NCBI GenBank assembly: GCA_000165425.1
Contig: CT868664.1
Span: 1-64,000 of the forward strand
Reading direction: 5' to 3'
From: Paramecium tetraurelia
Taxonomy: Eukaryota
Length of the DNA stretch: 64,000 nt
Position 1 is the stretch's first letter; every line of letters begins with the position of its first letter. The notes below the pieces were generated by a model. That model had not been told where the DNA came from, searched no databases, and was given only the letters and a program-made list of their open reading frames with translations. This document shows, in pieces, positions 13,745 to 25,840 of the stretch. A program made the translations under genes and the position numbers.

Positions 13745-13902
13745 TTTTTTTCATTATTATTTTAAATTAATATACTTTAATAATATGCATTTTCAATTTA
13801 AATACACTTCTTTGAATCAATAAAGAAATAGAAATAGATACATTACTAATTATTTAATAATAATTTTTATATATTATAATAATTCATATTGGTCATCTTC
13901 AA

Positions 13903-15341
13903 TCAGATTTTTAAACTTTCATTTTCTTAACTCTTTTGTCCCATTTGGCTTAGAGTAATGATATTTAATATACTTTCATGTTTAGAGATATAATCATCTG
14001 ACAATAATTCTTTTTCTGTAAATTTTAGTTGTTCATCTATTTCTTTCACTTCACAAATGGCTAATTAATTAGCATTTGTATTATTCAAACTATCCAAGTT
14101 ACTCAAAATAATATCATCTGATTTTGAAAATTATTCAATAAACTCCTTGTCAAATTGAAGAGTGGCTTAATAGATTGTCACTTCTATTGATTTTAAATAC
14201 TTTGCAACCAAAATTTATTCTTTTTTCATTTCTTAAACATTTTCTAAAATATAAATTTAGATTATACTTTCAGCCTTAATCTTTTCAACTTTTTTATTAT
14301 TCGAGGCAATTTAATTTAAGTATTTAAGACTTTTCTTTCTGTTTCTGTCAGAATGTATGGCCAATTAAAATGAATCCATACTTTTTCCGTTCGATAATAA
14401 ACAACATTTTTGAAGCGTCTTTTTTAGTTTCCCTTTTGAAGCTTAGCTAACAAGAGAGAAGAAGTCCTTCTATTTAAGTTCTTTCTTTGAATTTAATTCT
14501 ACAATGTTTCTGGATATTTAATCCGATAGAACTCAAATAAATACATTATAATACTAAATTATCCTTGATGATTTAGTAATAGAATTCCTTTATTCTAGGA
14601 ATTACACTTATTTTTGTACTCTAAAAAATTATTAGTGTTAGCGCTAGTGACACAAAGAGTTGTAAATTTATTTTATAGTAAATATTGTAATTCTTTCAAC
14701 AAGTCTAAAAACTACGCTTCTTTTTCATGATTAAATGAGGATGACATTTATTAAAGAATTATCTCCATCAAAGCCATTATTTCTACTTGGTTTGCATTTT
14801 TCAAGTTCATTACAGTCTCTTTGATAAGTTAGAGATCATAATTATTGTCTATTATTTGTTGTATCTAAAGTAAGGCATTGGTAAACATTCTCAAGATATT
14901 ATTAATTTTGACGAGAGTATTAAAAATGCTTATAAACTCATACTTTTTTTTAGACTGAAATTTGGCTAATAATTATTTGCAAGGAATATGTTCAAATGTA
15001 ATTATATTAAAAAAATCACAATAAATTTTTAATTGAAATTTATATTTTTTGTTTGTGAAATCCAACTTGATTATGATTTGAATTGTTTAATCTGATATGA
15101 CTGAAACTCTACCAAAGGCTTTCGATTTTTAGGTCTAATCAAATAATAATGAATATTCATTCGATTCAATTATTTTATAGGAGCTCATATAAGTATTATA
15201 ATTCAGGCAAGCTCCACGCTATCAAAGAGATTCTTGATTCAAATTAACTTTTTTGGCTTTCTGATTGACACATGGATTATGGTGTAAGGTTGTGGCAAAA
15301 TGTTATGAATGATTATCATTTATATTTTAAGAATTGATCAT
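13903..15341 (-). CDS. Hypothetical, probably coiled-coil, protein
   Basis: Long ciliate-code frames with short introns and Q/E/K/L-rich composition. Start and exon structure uncertain. Confidence 0.5.
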
Positions 15342-15404
15342 AAAAATATAAAATAGGAATTGTAAATAATTTGAAAATCTTGGTTATCAGATTATAAAAT
15401 AAAA

Positions 15405-17021
15405 TCATAATTTTTGTTTACTTATAAAATTATTTATGTTGTTGAAAATAGTACTTTTTGTTTCTTGCTCATTAATTAGTTTTAGATTAGAAATTTTCAT
15501 AATCAGAACAAGGTTTTATTAAAATTTCATTTAAGTATGAGTATATTTCGGGTAGTTAAGGTTTTCTTGAATTATACAAGTATTTGACTTACCAAAAGAC
15601 TCCAAATTTAGGAATTTTTTGATGCATGCTTCAATTAACTCTGTAACAGCATATGATTTGAAAAATTGGTTTTCTTATTGAAATTAAGCAAGAACTAGGT
15701 CCTTTCTATTAGAATAAACTTTCTAGTTAATGAGATTAAGGAGTTAATTAAATTATCGAAATAACATGTATATAAGAATATTACTTAGAAAAATGATTCC
15801 AATGGGATAGACCACTAAATAAATAAGGATCGATTCAGATGCTTGAGTTTAAGATTGATTTATCAATTTTAAGTTGTTATCGTATTATTCAATAATATTG
15901 TTTGTCTCCACCAAAACTACCAAAATTAAATTGGATCCTTGTATTTAAGAAGACTTTATTATTTAGTTTTAATTTGTTTTTTAGTTAAATCTGCACAAAA
16001 TGATGTCACTCTAAATGAGCGGACAATCATTTTGGAGAGGCTTATTATGATGTTGATTCATCAATTATTCAAAATCAGTTTAATTAAAACCAGTTACTTA
16101 TGTCTCATTAAAATAGTAAACTGCTAGGTTGATCTAGTTATAGATGATGGAATAATAGATTTTGCCTTCAATATCGATAACATATAGAACTGTATTAGTA
16201 TTTTTGCTTTACGCAATTGAGGCATATCCAAAATCAATATCTTTTGCTACCATACCTACAATTCGATCATAGCGATTGATTAAGGATGTAATCATGGGAA
16301 TTCTTATATAATTGGCAATAATCTTGTAAGGACTTGCAAAATACACCCTATCCACAGGTGTATCTTAACTAGTATAATTTAAAAATTCTAGATAATATGG
16401 TCTTTCATTTGGTTTGAATGAATTAGGAAACTTGCCTCCAGCTGTTATGCAGAAGAATAAGAGTTTATTATCTGAGAAATAATAGAGTGGTGCGCTGAAT
16501 GTATGATCAAGAGCTACACGAAAAGATGTCAAAATAAAAGTTGTTGCAATTAAGCTTTGAGTTTCTTCATACTCTTTTTCAGGTTCCTATTCTCCAAATA
16601 TTCCACATGTAGTGGCTGATGAAAAACAATAGGAATCGAGAGCAGAAATGTTGTTTAAGCACATATGCGGACTCTCAAATTTAACACTCTTATTGTAGTT
16701 ATTATTAATTAGAAAATCCAGTTATTTATAAATAGCTCTGGTTGTTATTACTTGTTATTTAGTCTAAAGAATCATTTATTCAAGGCTGCGTTATTATATC
16801 CAAATATTATTTATTTATTGAGAAGTCTATCTCATGAACATTTCTTGGGAGGTCACCTTTAGAATTTCTTAAATTTAGCTTTGACTTTCCCAAATGATCA
16901 ATAAAAGAATCAGAAAAATAAAAGTCGAGATGATGAAAGATATTGCCAAAATTTGTTATTGTATTGTCCAATTTCTATTAATGTACCAACAACCTCTGAT
17001 TTTTATTTTATCTTAGATCAT
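15405..17021 (-). CDS. Two-TM membrane protein with extracellular Cache (dCache-like) domain
   Basis: N-terminal TM (ILAISFIISTFIFLILLLII), then FKPNERPYY...YFASPY...IVGMVAKDIDF...LYVIDIEGKI Cache motifs, a second TM and a short tail. Confidence 0.75.
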
Positions 17022-17891
17022 ATTAATTCAGAATAATTAAAATGCTTATATTTAATACCTAGCAAAGAATTACCGAAAGAATCAAGAGATGATGACTTTA
17101 AATTTTCGATATTTTATAATCCCTGAAATTTTTATTTATTAAATTTTAACTTCCTCTTATAGAAATCTTGGTAAAAAACAACTAATATAGTATAACAAAC
17201 AAAATTAAAGGAAATTTAATATATTTAATATTATATTTATAAAATCTTTTTATCCCTGGAGACTATGGATGTATAATCTATTTTATATTATTCAACACAC
17301 ATTCATCAACTTAGATATGATTTAATCATATTGATCTATTTTGAAATGAATTAATATGCATTAATCAATTTTTATATGAATTAATATATTCATCAATTTT
17401 TTTCATAAGAATTATACTTTGTTCAAACATTTTGTTGTTTAAATCAACACTATTAGTTACTAAATTCATTAGATTGAAAATGATATTAATTATTATTAGG
17501 GAAATTTGAAAATTATTATAGCTATGGCTAAACTTAATTTTAATCTATTCTTAGTAATTATCTAATACTTTCTTTTGCATTCTTATACATCTTCAATAAA
17601 ATCGATTAAATTCTATTTTAGAGTTCCTATAAAGAGATCTTAATTGAACAATAATAATTTCTAATATCAATGAAATGCCATCATGATTTAGTTGAACAGA
17701 ATATCAATCATTGAAGTAAAATGCCGAGATTTATTTTATAATATAAATTTGTTGGCTTATTAATTTACAATTAAACTATACATCTAGGAACAAAATGTAT
17801 AGGATAATTTTGAGTATTAAAATATAGAAACTTCATTTTTATTTAAGCATTGATTTTTGTTTTAAAAAGTAATTATTAAAGAAATTAATAT

Positions 17892-19893
17892 ATGAGTAGA
17901 AACTAATGCTAGTGTGAGGCACAGATTCATAAGCTAATAAATAATTGTATTAGTTGTGGTCGAATTGTGTGTTCAGTGGAAGGAGAAGGGCCATGTTTGT
18001 TTTGTGGGAATCCAATCATGAAGAAAGGAGATATTGTTATTGATGATTCACAATTTCCCGATATGGAATCAAAGACAGCTTATTCAAAGGCGTTGATGCA
18101 CAAGGATAAACTATTAGATTTTCATAGGCGAGATGTTCATTAATCAAACATTATCGATGATCAAGCAGATTATTATTAGATTGTAGATGATGTTTGGCAA
18201 AATGAAGATATTCGATCTTAAGCTGTCATCAAATTAATGCAATAGGCTGATGCTGAATAAACCATTAATACAAAACAGGTTTTTGATTACTAGACAAGTA
18301 AACTAATAATTTGTATAGGTTTTAGTGCAATTTAAATTGGAGAAAGAGTGTGATGCAAAATAGGCTGATGAGTTCAGAGACGAAGCGAAATAATTACTAA
18401 AGGAGGCAGATTTGGCATAGAAGAAGAAGAATCAAGCCAATTCGAAGACTTAGCATCTCGCAGACAATTAGGAATATTAAAAATTGTACAATGAGATAAT
18501 TACTAACTTAAATAATGAAACTAAAAAGGAAACAAAAAAGTAGAACAATAAGAATAATAAAATGAATCAGAATAACCAATAGTTCAAACCAACAACTTGT
18601 GGTGTCTAATTCACAGATGAGTATTTCCAAGATTTTTAAAAAGAACTCCTCAAAGTTGTAAATTAAGAATAGCAGTAAGACATGTTTGATGAATAATTTT
18701 TCAAAGTAGAGGATGGAATTGGATGTTTGTCTATGCATTAACCTTGGGCATAGTTGGTGGTCGAAGGGTTTAAGAGAATCGAAGGAAGAATGTGGGGAAC
18801 CAATTACAAGGGTCCTTTGTGGATTCATGCAGGAGCCAAATAGCCTGAGACAGAATTGATATCTGCTATTGAACATCAATACTCATAATTGTATGGTAAT
18901 TTGAATAATGTGCCTCCTTTTCCAGCACGTTATCCTACAGGAGTGTTGATTGGAGTTGTGGATATGGTTGGTTATGTGAGGGCAGCAGAATATAATAAGA
19001 TTGTGCCTAAGGAGTAATAAGAAGAGGGAGACACAGAATTCAAATTTGTTTTTAGAAACCCAAGAAAATTATTGATACCGATCCAAATGAGAGGGTCCAA
19101 TAACATCTTCAAATTGGGGGATGACATATTGAAAATTGCAATTAAACAATTGGAAAAGGTACCAGTCAAATGGGGCCCTTATTTGGTGGATCCAAAGGAT
19201 GTGGCTAAGGAGGCAATAGGAGAAAAGTAAGTGGATGATACAATGTCGAAGATCTAAGAGTAGTTTGTGATAAATAATATCAATGAGATTCAAGATAAAT
19301 CTGCAAATGAATCCTAAAAGTTTGAGAGTTAAATAGTGCAAGATGAATCTTCGATTATCAATTAATCATAGTAAGCAGAAAAGAGATATCAATAAGTGTA
19401 ATCTATCGACAGTTCATTCGAAAAATAATTGGAATGGGGGATACTCATTAAGGATGTTCTAAAGAGGGATCAACTGGTGAGAATGGCCAATTTCTTATCG
19501 ACCAAGATTAAGAAGTAGAATAATTAAAAGGGACCTCTGAAATTGTCTTTTACGGCAAAGAATTAATTGCCATGCCATGATAATATTACCAGTTCAATTT
19601 CAAACATAACTGGGAATGAGAACCAATATGATAATTGCACAGTCCATTTTCTGAAATTGGCAGATAAGAAAGTGACTATTCAAAATGCTACTGCTTTAAT
19701 TGTGATTGGTCAAACTATGGAATTCACACATAACAATTAATTGATTTAATTATAGTAGGGGAAGGTATTTCTTGTAGAAGAGGGGTACACTTTGAATGGA
19801 TAGTTTAGTGGCAGTTAACAAGAGGAGAGTGTGTTAAAAGACATTAGTTAAGATTATGTATTTAAAACCTGGTTGATATAATTATAATAATGA
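17892..19893 (+). CDS. TRIP4: Activating signal cointegrator 1 (ASC-1/TRIP4) homolog: zf-C2HC5 + ASCH + C-terminal extension
   Basis: [34 protein letters not shown] zinc finger; [37 protein letters not shown] motif. Confidence 0.92.
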
Positions 19894-20612
19894 TAAAAAT
19901 TGCACCTTCTATTTTGACATGTGATTTTTCTATATTCTATGAGGAATGTGATAAGCTATTGAAAATGGGAGTGGATTGGTTACATCTGGATGTAATGGAT
20001 GGACACTTCGTTCCCAATCTCACTTTTGGACCTCCCATCATAAAATGTTTAACTCAGAGATTGTAAAATAGGACATTCATTGATTTGCATTGCATGATAT
20101 AGGAACCCAGAAAATGGATTAAGGATCTCTCAAATGCAGGTGGTCATTAGATGACTGTGCATTATGAATCAGACATTGGCAACATTGAAGAATTGTCATA
20201 AATGATTAGGAATGCAGGCATGAGACCAGCATTAGCTTTAAAGCCAAAAACACTAATAGATCACACCTTAATAGAAATATTTGATAAATAACTATTTGAT
20301 ATGATCTTGATTATGACAGTAGGTATAAAATCACCTAATTAAAGAACCTGGATTTGGTGGATAGAAATTCATGGCTGATATGTTGCCCAAAGTAACTCAA
20401 CTGAGACAAAGATATCCTAAAATTGATATCCAACTCGATGGTGGTGTGAATTGCGATAATGTCATTAGTTGCTATGAGGCAGGAGCCAATGTAATAGTGT
20501 CTGGCAGTGGAAGTATATCCTATAAATATTATGAATAGTTGTAAATGCCAAAGACCCATAGCAATCTATTAATTATATGAAAGAGTGTGGATGCTAACAT
20601 TTCAAATGGTGA
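19890..20612 (+). CDS. RPE: Ribulose-phosphate 3-epimerase
   Basis: [57 protein letters not shown]. Confidence 0.96.
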
Positions 20613-20621
20613 ATACATAAA

Positions 20622-21381
20622 TCATATACGGTTATCATTATTATCTATTTCTCTAACATTAAATCCCTTCTTTATCAGGTAATTATATTTCTACTGGTAT
20701 TGACCAGTCTTCCTCTCCTTGAAGTGAATGTAATGTTTATATCCATTCACCTCCACTATCGTATTCGAATTTGGCAAGAAGAAATCGCAATGGTGTAATC
20801 CCACTTCGTACTCTTTGACGTATGGCTCATTCAATGTCTCCTCGAATTATTTCTACATACTGGATTCCTATAAAATGTACTGACCCTTCTTGTAATTGGT
20901 TTCATGTGGTAACATGTATTGTAAGTAATAATACATTTTCCGATGTTTTATGGGTTGCTTTTGACAGAATTCAACCAGTCCACTATTCTCAGTCAAGGAC
21001 AAATACAAGAGCAAATCAGGTACTAGATTCTAAGCTGTTATTTTGCTTAAATCAACTTTCATCGGAATTGCTTGGCAGAGATTATGCCTTGCAGCAATGC
21101 CTAAGATCGACTATAAATAAATATTATCATTCTGTCTAATCTTACTCAGTTGTTGAAGAGCCTTAGTTATCGTTATTGTTGATCCAAATCGTTCTTTCTC
21201 CATCTCCACAATTAATTTTCTCAATAAGAAATGGTCGATGGTCTCCGAGCCAGACAAATATGCAAGTAATTCTTATTAGATCATTCATACTTTCATCAAA
21301 TTCTAAACACAGTCCTTTGTATTATCCTAAATGAATATAGGAATTTTAGATTTTAAATAGTAATGCTCTTAAATTATTCAT
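20622..21381 (-). CDS. Small RAP-domain protein (probably mitochondrial RNA binding)
   Basis: C-terminus ESSMQKQF...EYEVGLHHCDFFLP..TIVEVNGYKHY....TGQYQQKYNYLIKKGFNVREI fits the RAP/DUF559-like pattern. Confidence 0.75.
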
Positions 21382-21416
21382 AATATTATATTTATAATTT
21401 ATGATAATCCAAACCC

Positions 21417-22116
21417 TCATTTTGTAATCACAAATATTCCTGCTCCAATAGCCAATATCAATAGAATTACGAATATCAAATTTGTACTTGATCCACTACC
21501 ACTCAAATTTGGTTTAACTCCTTTAAATTTATTCAATTATTTATACCTGTTATAACACCCACTTATAATTTTTCTAATTACTTGTAAGCACTCTGAGAAT
21601 GATTTGCATCATGGAATGCGGCAGTTGCATCATCTCCTGCTTTTCCCAACAGAATTGCTGGACCTCCTGGATGATCATCTTAGAAATCTGTCACATCGTA
21701 CACTTTTCCTTCTATAACAATCCATAAGTCCTCCTTTTTATTATGCTATCCTAATTCCTCCCATGTAATCTAACGATTTGGATTAAAATTATTCTAAGAG
21801 TTGATCATCAGATTTCTACTTTTTGTTTTTTAGATTTCACAGCCTTTAGGTAATCGTTTGGTTAGGGATCAGAAGTAAGTGTTCCAACCAATCTAGCATT
21901 TCTGAGGGAACGAGCATAATTTGAATGGTTCACCTCTAGAAACTTTTAAGTCCCATCCAATCCACCATATTTAATCAAGATATCATCACCTCCTGGATGT
22001 TCGGCCAAATATGTTGTTACATCAAACACCTATCCCTCTATCACAACCCAAAGTGATGTTCGATTACTATGTTCAGCTAACTCATCCCATCCTACTATTC
22101 TTTTCTCTCCGTTCAT
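21417..22116 (-). CDS. Tail-anchored cytochrome b5 with two tandem heme-binding domains
   Basis: WVVIEGQVFDVTTYLAEHPGG...F..VNHS and [21 protein letters not shown]...FHDANHS; C-terminal TM LIFVILLILAIGAGIFVITK*. Confidence 0.92.
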
Positions 22117-22297
22117 TTAATAAAATATCTAATTAAATTTATCTCATTTTCTTAACTATATATTTATAGCTTCCCCATATTAATCATCCTTCCTTAATTA
22201 AATATCTCTATTACTACATTATATCAAAGGAAATACACTAGAATACAAGTATCTGTAATTGTAATAATCCATTATTTAAATTACAAAAATCAATTAG

Positions 22298-23481
22298 TCA
22301 ATCAAATTTTATCAGAAACTTCTCTCTTACTCTAGCTCTGCATAATGGACACTCTAATTTAGTTTATAACCATTATTTCCAGCAATCTTAGCATGCCACA
22401 TGACCACACTTTTCAGATTTGCACATCACTTTATCAGGCGTGTTAGACCAACAGATTACACAATTCAAATTATCAATTTCCAATTATTCTTCAGTTGTAT
22501 GAACATTATCCTTGGTGTCAGTCTGTCCAATCAATTGCTCGATGGTTATTTTTTCACATTGTTATTCTACAGGAAGTGATTTCTTTTAAGGGTTGTAAAT
22601 ATCCCCCAACAGTGTTTTATTTAACATTATCTTTCTCTTTGAAGTTTATATCTAAACTGGTTATTTGATGTTAAATTTGATAGTTTAACCTTTATTGTTC
22701 TCTATTTTTTAAGTGTCCTTTCTATTCTCACCTAAAATCTCTGATCTTACCAAAGTGGTTCCTTACTAAAAGATATAGAATGTATATAGATACTTTCTTT
22801 AATTCTTTGATTAGATCAGGAAAAGTCAGTACATTTGGAAATTGCTGATCTTTCCACAATAATTTTTGTTAAAATTTCTCATCTAAAACTACTAAATTGC
22901 ATGGAATCAATGGATCAAGTATATGCTATAATCTCGAGATATTTCTGATTGCATTCACCATACTGAAATACTTTCTATCATACTTTAATATTTGGATTTA
23001 TTACATTGTTTTTTTAATTCTTAAGCCACTCTAACTTCAAGTTCAATTGCAATTAAGGTAGTTGTTCATGTCCATTCTCTTGATAATACATAAATTGACT
23101 AGCCCAAGGAACTCCCAATAAAAAAACTGTTATTTAGGATTAGTTCTTTAGTGTTTAGGGATGCTTAAGTTAATAATCTAATTGTATTTAGATTGCTTCC
23201 TGTAATTGATCCAAAAATAGATCATTAAACACTGTGTAGATTGACGGCATAGTATCGCCAAAAATCGTATTGGATCTACATTTATTTAGAAATAGTTTAA
23301 TTATTTCATAGATGCTTTTTTTCTATTCAGTATTTATAAATGATAAGTACATTCTAATATTTGATCCACTAAAACTCTTTATTTACTCCAAGGGATGAGA
23401 GTATAGAATGTTGACTCCATATATCTTAGCATTTTTGCATGAAGGATTTGGAGGAAAAAAGAGTGATAAATCCATGTCCAT
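22298..23481 (-). CDS. C-terminal RING-finger protein (putative E3 ligase)
   Basis: CVICW......CKSEKCGHVACQDCWKQWLQTKLECPLCR. Confidence 0.85.
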
Positions 23482-23647
23482 TTAACAAATAATTAATCTA
23501 TTAAAACTATTTACCAATCTCAAGAATCATGGCATCGAAATTTTATTCTGTTTTATTTAAATAATCGATATTGTAATTTTGAACTTAGCTGATTATGGTT
23601 TGATTGATTTTCAATTCTTAAACTGGGATCTAGGGATAAAATTGAAA

Positions 23648-24451
23648 ATGGATATTAAATTCAGTCTTATACAGTTTAGCAGGATAAGAGTGTTAAGTGA
23701 TAATTACAATATTCTAAACACCATTGTTTTACAATTTGTTCATACCACAAAGGGGACTTAAACAAATAAGATTTAGGTTAAATGAGTTTTGAATATTATC
23801 TATGAATAGTACTAATTTGTAATCTCTGTGATTTTATTATTCTGCAGCTTAGATAGATTTATCTACAGATATTTTGTCATTAGTTGGAACAACGACTTAA
23901 TTATTAAATTATTATTATTATTAACTTATTATTTCTAATTCATTTGAATCCTGCAATTCAAATGTTTATTTTATAAATATATACCATTGTTGCATTAGAT
24001 ACCTTTATGGTAAGTTGTAAATTTCATCCAAATATTACTCATAATTTGAGGAATCAATACAGGTGTATTTGGGCTATTGAAAAGCCCCATTAGATTTTAC
24101 GAAGTATTGTTATAATTACATAAAAAATTCTGAATCTGGTATTTTTTAAGTACACTAAGTTACAATTAAGGCAATCTTATTGGATTCAAAAATAAATTCA
24201 TCCTTTTAGTTGTTTATATTCTAGTAGTTATATCATGTGTTACTTATGCAAATTAGACGATTCTATTACAGAAGGCTATGATTGGCATTAAAATGTCATA
24301 ATGTTATTGAGTCAGGGTGCAAGTTTGAAACGTATGATTAGGCTGAAATTATTTTGAGAGGAATTTGAGTTTGGTATTCATTTATTAATCCCACTTAGAA
24401 GGGGTTTTCTAAGGTACTAAGAAGGCTTTGATCATTTGGGATATGGTATGA
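23648..24451 (+). CDS. Possible hypothetical (membrane?) protein or decayed gene
   Basis: Hydrophobic ciliate-code frames and plausible GT..TAG introns, but no fully consistent model obtained. Confidence 0.3.
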
Positions 24452-24467
24452 GTACTAATTGATGCAC

Positions 24468-24932
24468 TCATTGCTTTTTCTAATTTGAGAGGTAAATCAT
24501 GTGCGTCCTCAAAGATAAGCGTGGCATTGTTAAATCTTTGGAAGAACTACCATATCCACACACATCACTTACCAGATTATCAAATATATCCTGATGGGTT
24601 CCAACTCTAAATGTGGTTTGATGATTTCTGAAATATTTGTAGGAGCAAACCTATTCAAATTCGAGTTGTTTATGCATGGTTTCTACGTCTACAAAATCAT
24701 AGATATGCTAAAGTTCTTTGTCCTTATCACATGTACGTTCGCATAATTGTGTGATTATGGTCATGTCCTTTTTGAATGGAGTGTGACAGAGTGATGTCTG
24801 ACTTCTCTTGAGGTAGTAGTACTACTCGAGATCTTGCTTAGTCTTTTGCCAGTAGGTAAAGGAGGGGAGCAGTTGAGATCCGCTCTCGATAATTGCATTT
24901 TCTTATTTCTCTAAAATTTATTCAATATTCAT
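24468..24932 (-). CDS. Hypothetical protein (about 146 aa)
   Basis: MNIEQILEKQENAIIESG...DIFDNL^FFQRFNNATLIFEDAHDLPLKLEKQ*; one 26-nt intron; coding-like GC. Confidence 0.65.
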
Positions 24933-25076
24933 TTTATTAAATACTGATTTATTTATGTGATTTAATAGCATGAGTAGAGAATTAGATTAAATTTAGAGTT
25001 TTTAGATAATTCTATAAAATTAACATGCATATATGTTATTAAATATTTATTTGAAAAATAATATAGACAACGGGGG

Positions 25077-25719
25077 ATGAATTCGAAATACTTGATTACT
25101 AGTCTACACAGAAGTTTGTGTTATTTGTCGTATTGCTTGATTCAGCTAATTATTTCTACGATGCTGCTCATTTACGTAAGATGGTTGAATGTCAAAATTA
25201 GGTCATTTTGGATCGACACAAGTACTCTTCACTTTGATATATCTAGAGTTTGGACAAACCTCCCGTTCTCATTTGTGAGGGACTGTTGACTTTCACAATT
25301 TGCGCAGATCTGGCACTCAAGGTATTAATGGAAGGAAGAGTATTATAAATTATTATTTTATATTTTTACTCTAAATAAAGGAATTCTTCACAACAGCCTG
25401 GAATGTTTTAGATTTTTGCGCATTTTTATCAATCATCTTGTGTATAAGATTGCAATATGAAGTATATTACGATGAGATTTTTGGAATTTCCCTTATGTCT
25501 ATGCGTTACTTGTCACTAACAGTGAGGATGGTAGTCCTTTTCAAATAGTATAAATGATCTCAATTCGATAGGTCCTATTTTGTATAGATGATGCAACAGC
25601 AAAGAGACATTTTAATTTTTAAAAGATCCAAAAATCATGATCTCAGTATCTTGGATATAAGTTCTGAGATATTGAATGACTCGTAATTTGTTGAAACTAT
25701 GAAACTTGTTAGTGAATGA
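25077..25719 (+). CDS. Stand-alone voltage-sensor-like (S1-S4) four-helix membrane protein
   Basis: S1 YLSYCLIQLIISTMLLIYVILD; S2 ICEGLLTFTICADLALK; S3 EFFTTAWNVLDFCAFL; S4 LMSMRYLSLTVRMVVLFK. No pore domain before TGA. Four introns. Confidence 0.7.
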
Positions 25720-25840
25720 TATTATAAAAATAATCAATTTTATTTCATTTTTAAATAAGATATTTAAAACAAATTTTCTTTTCTTCATATGAAACATTAA
25801 AAAATATTAAATTAAACCTAAAATTCATAAACCACTCAAC

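Noticed and set aside
22980..23160. BRCT domain in the RING protein (LLGVPWASQF)
   Set aside because: Only a weak partial resemblance, and the other BRCT elements were not seen.
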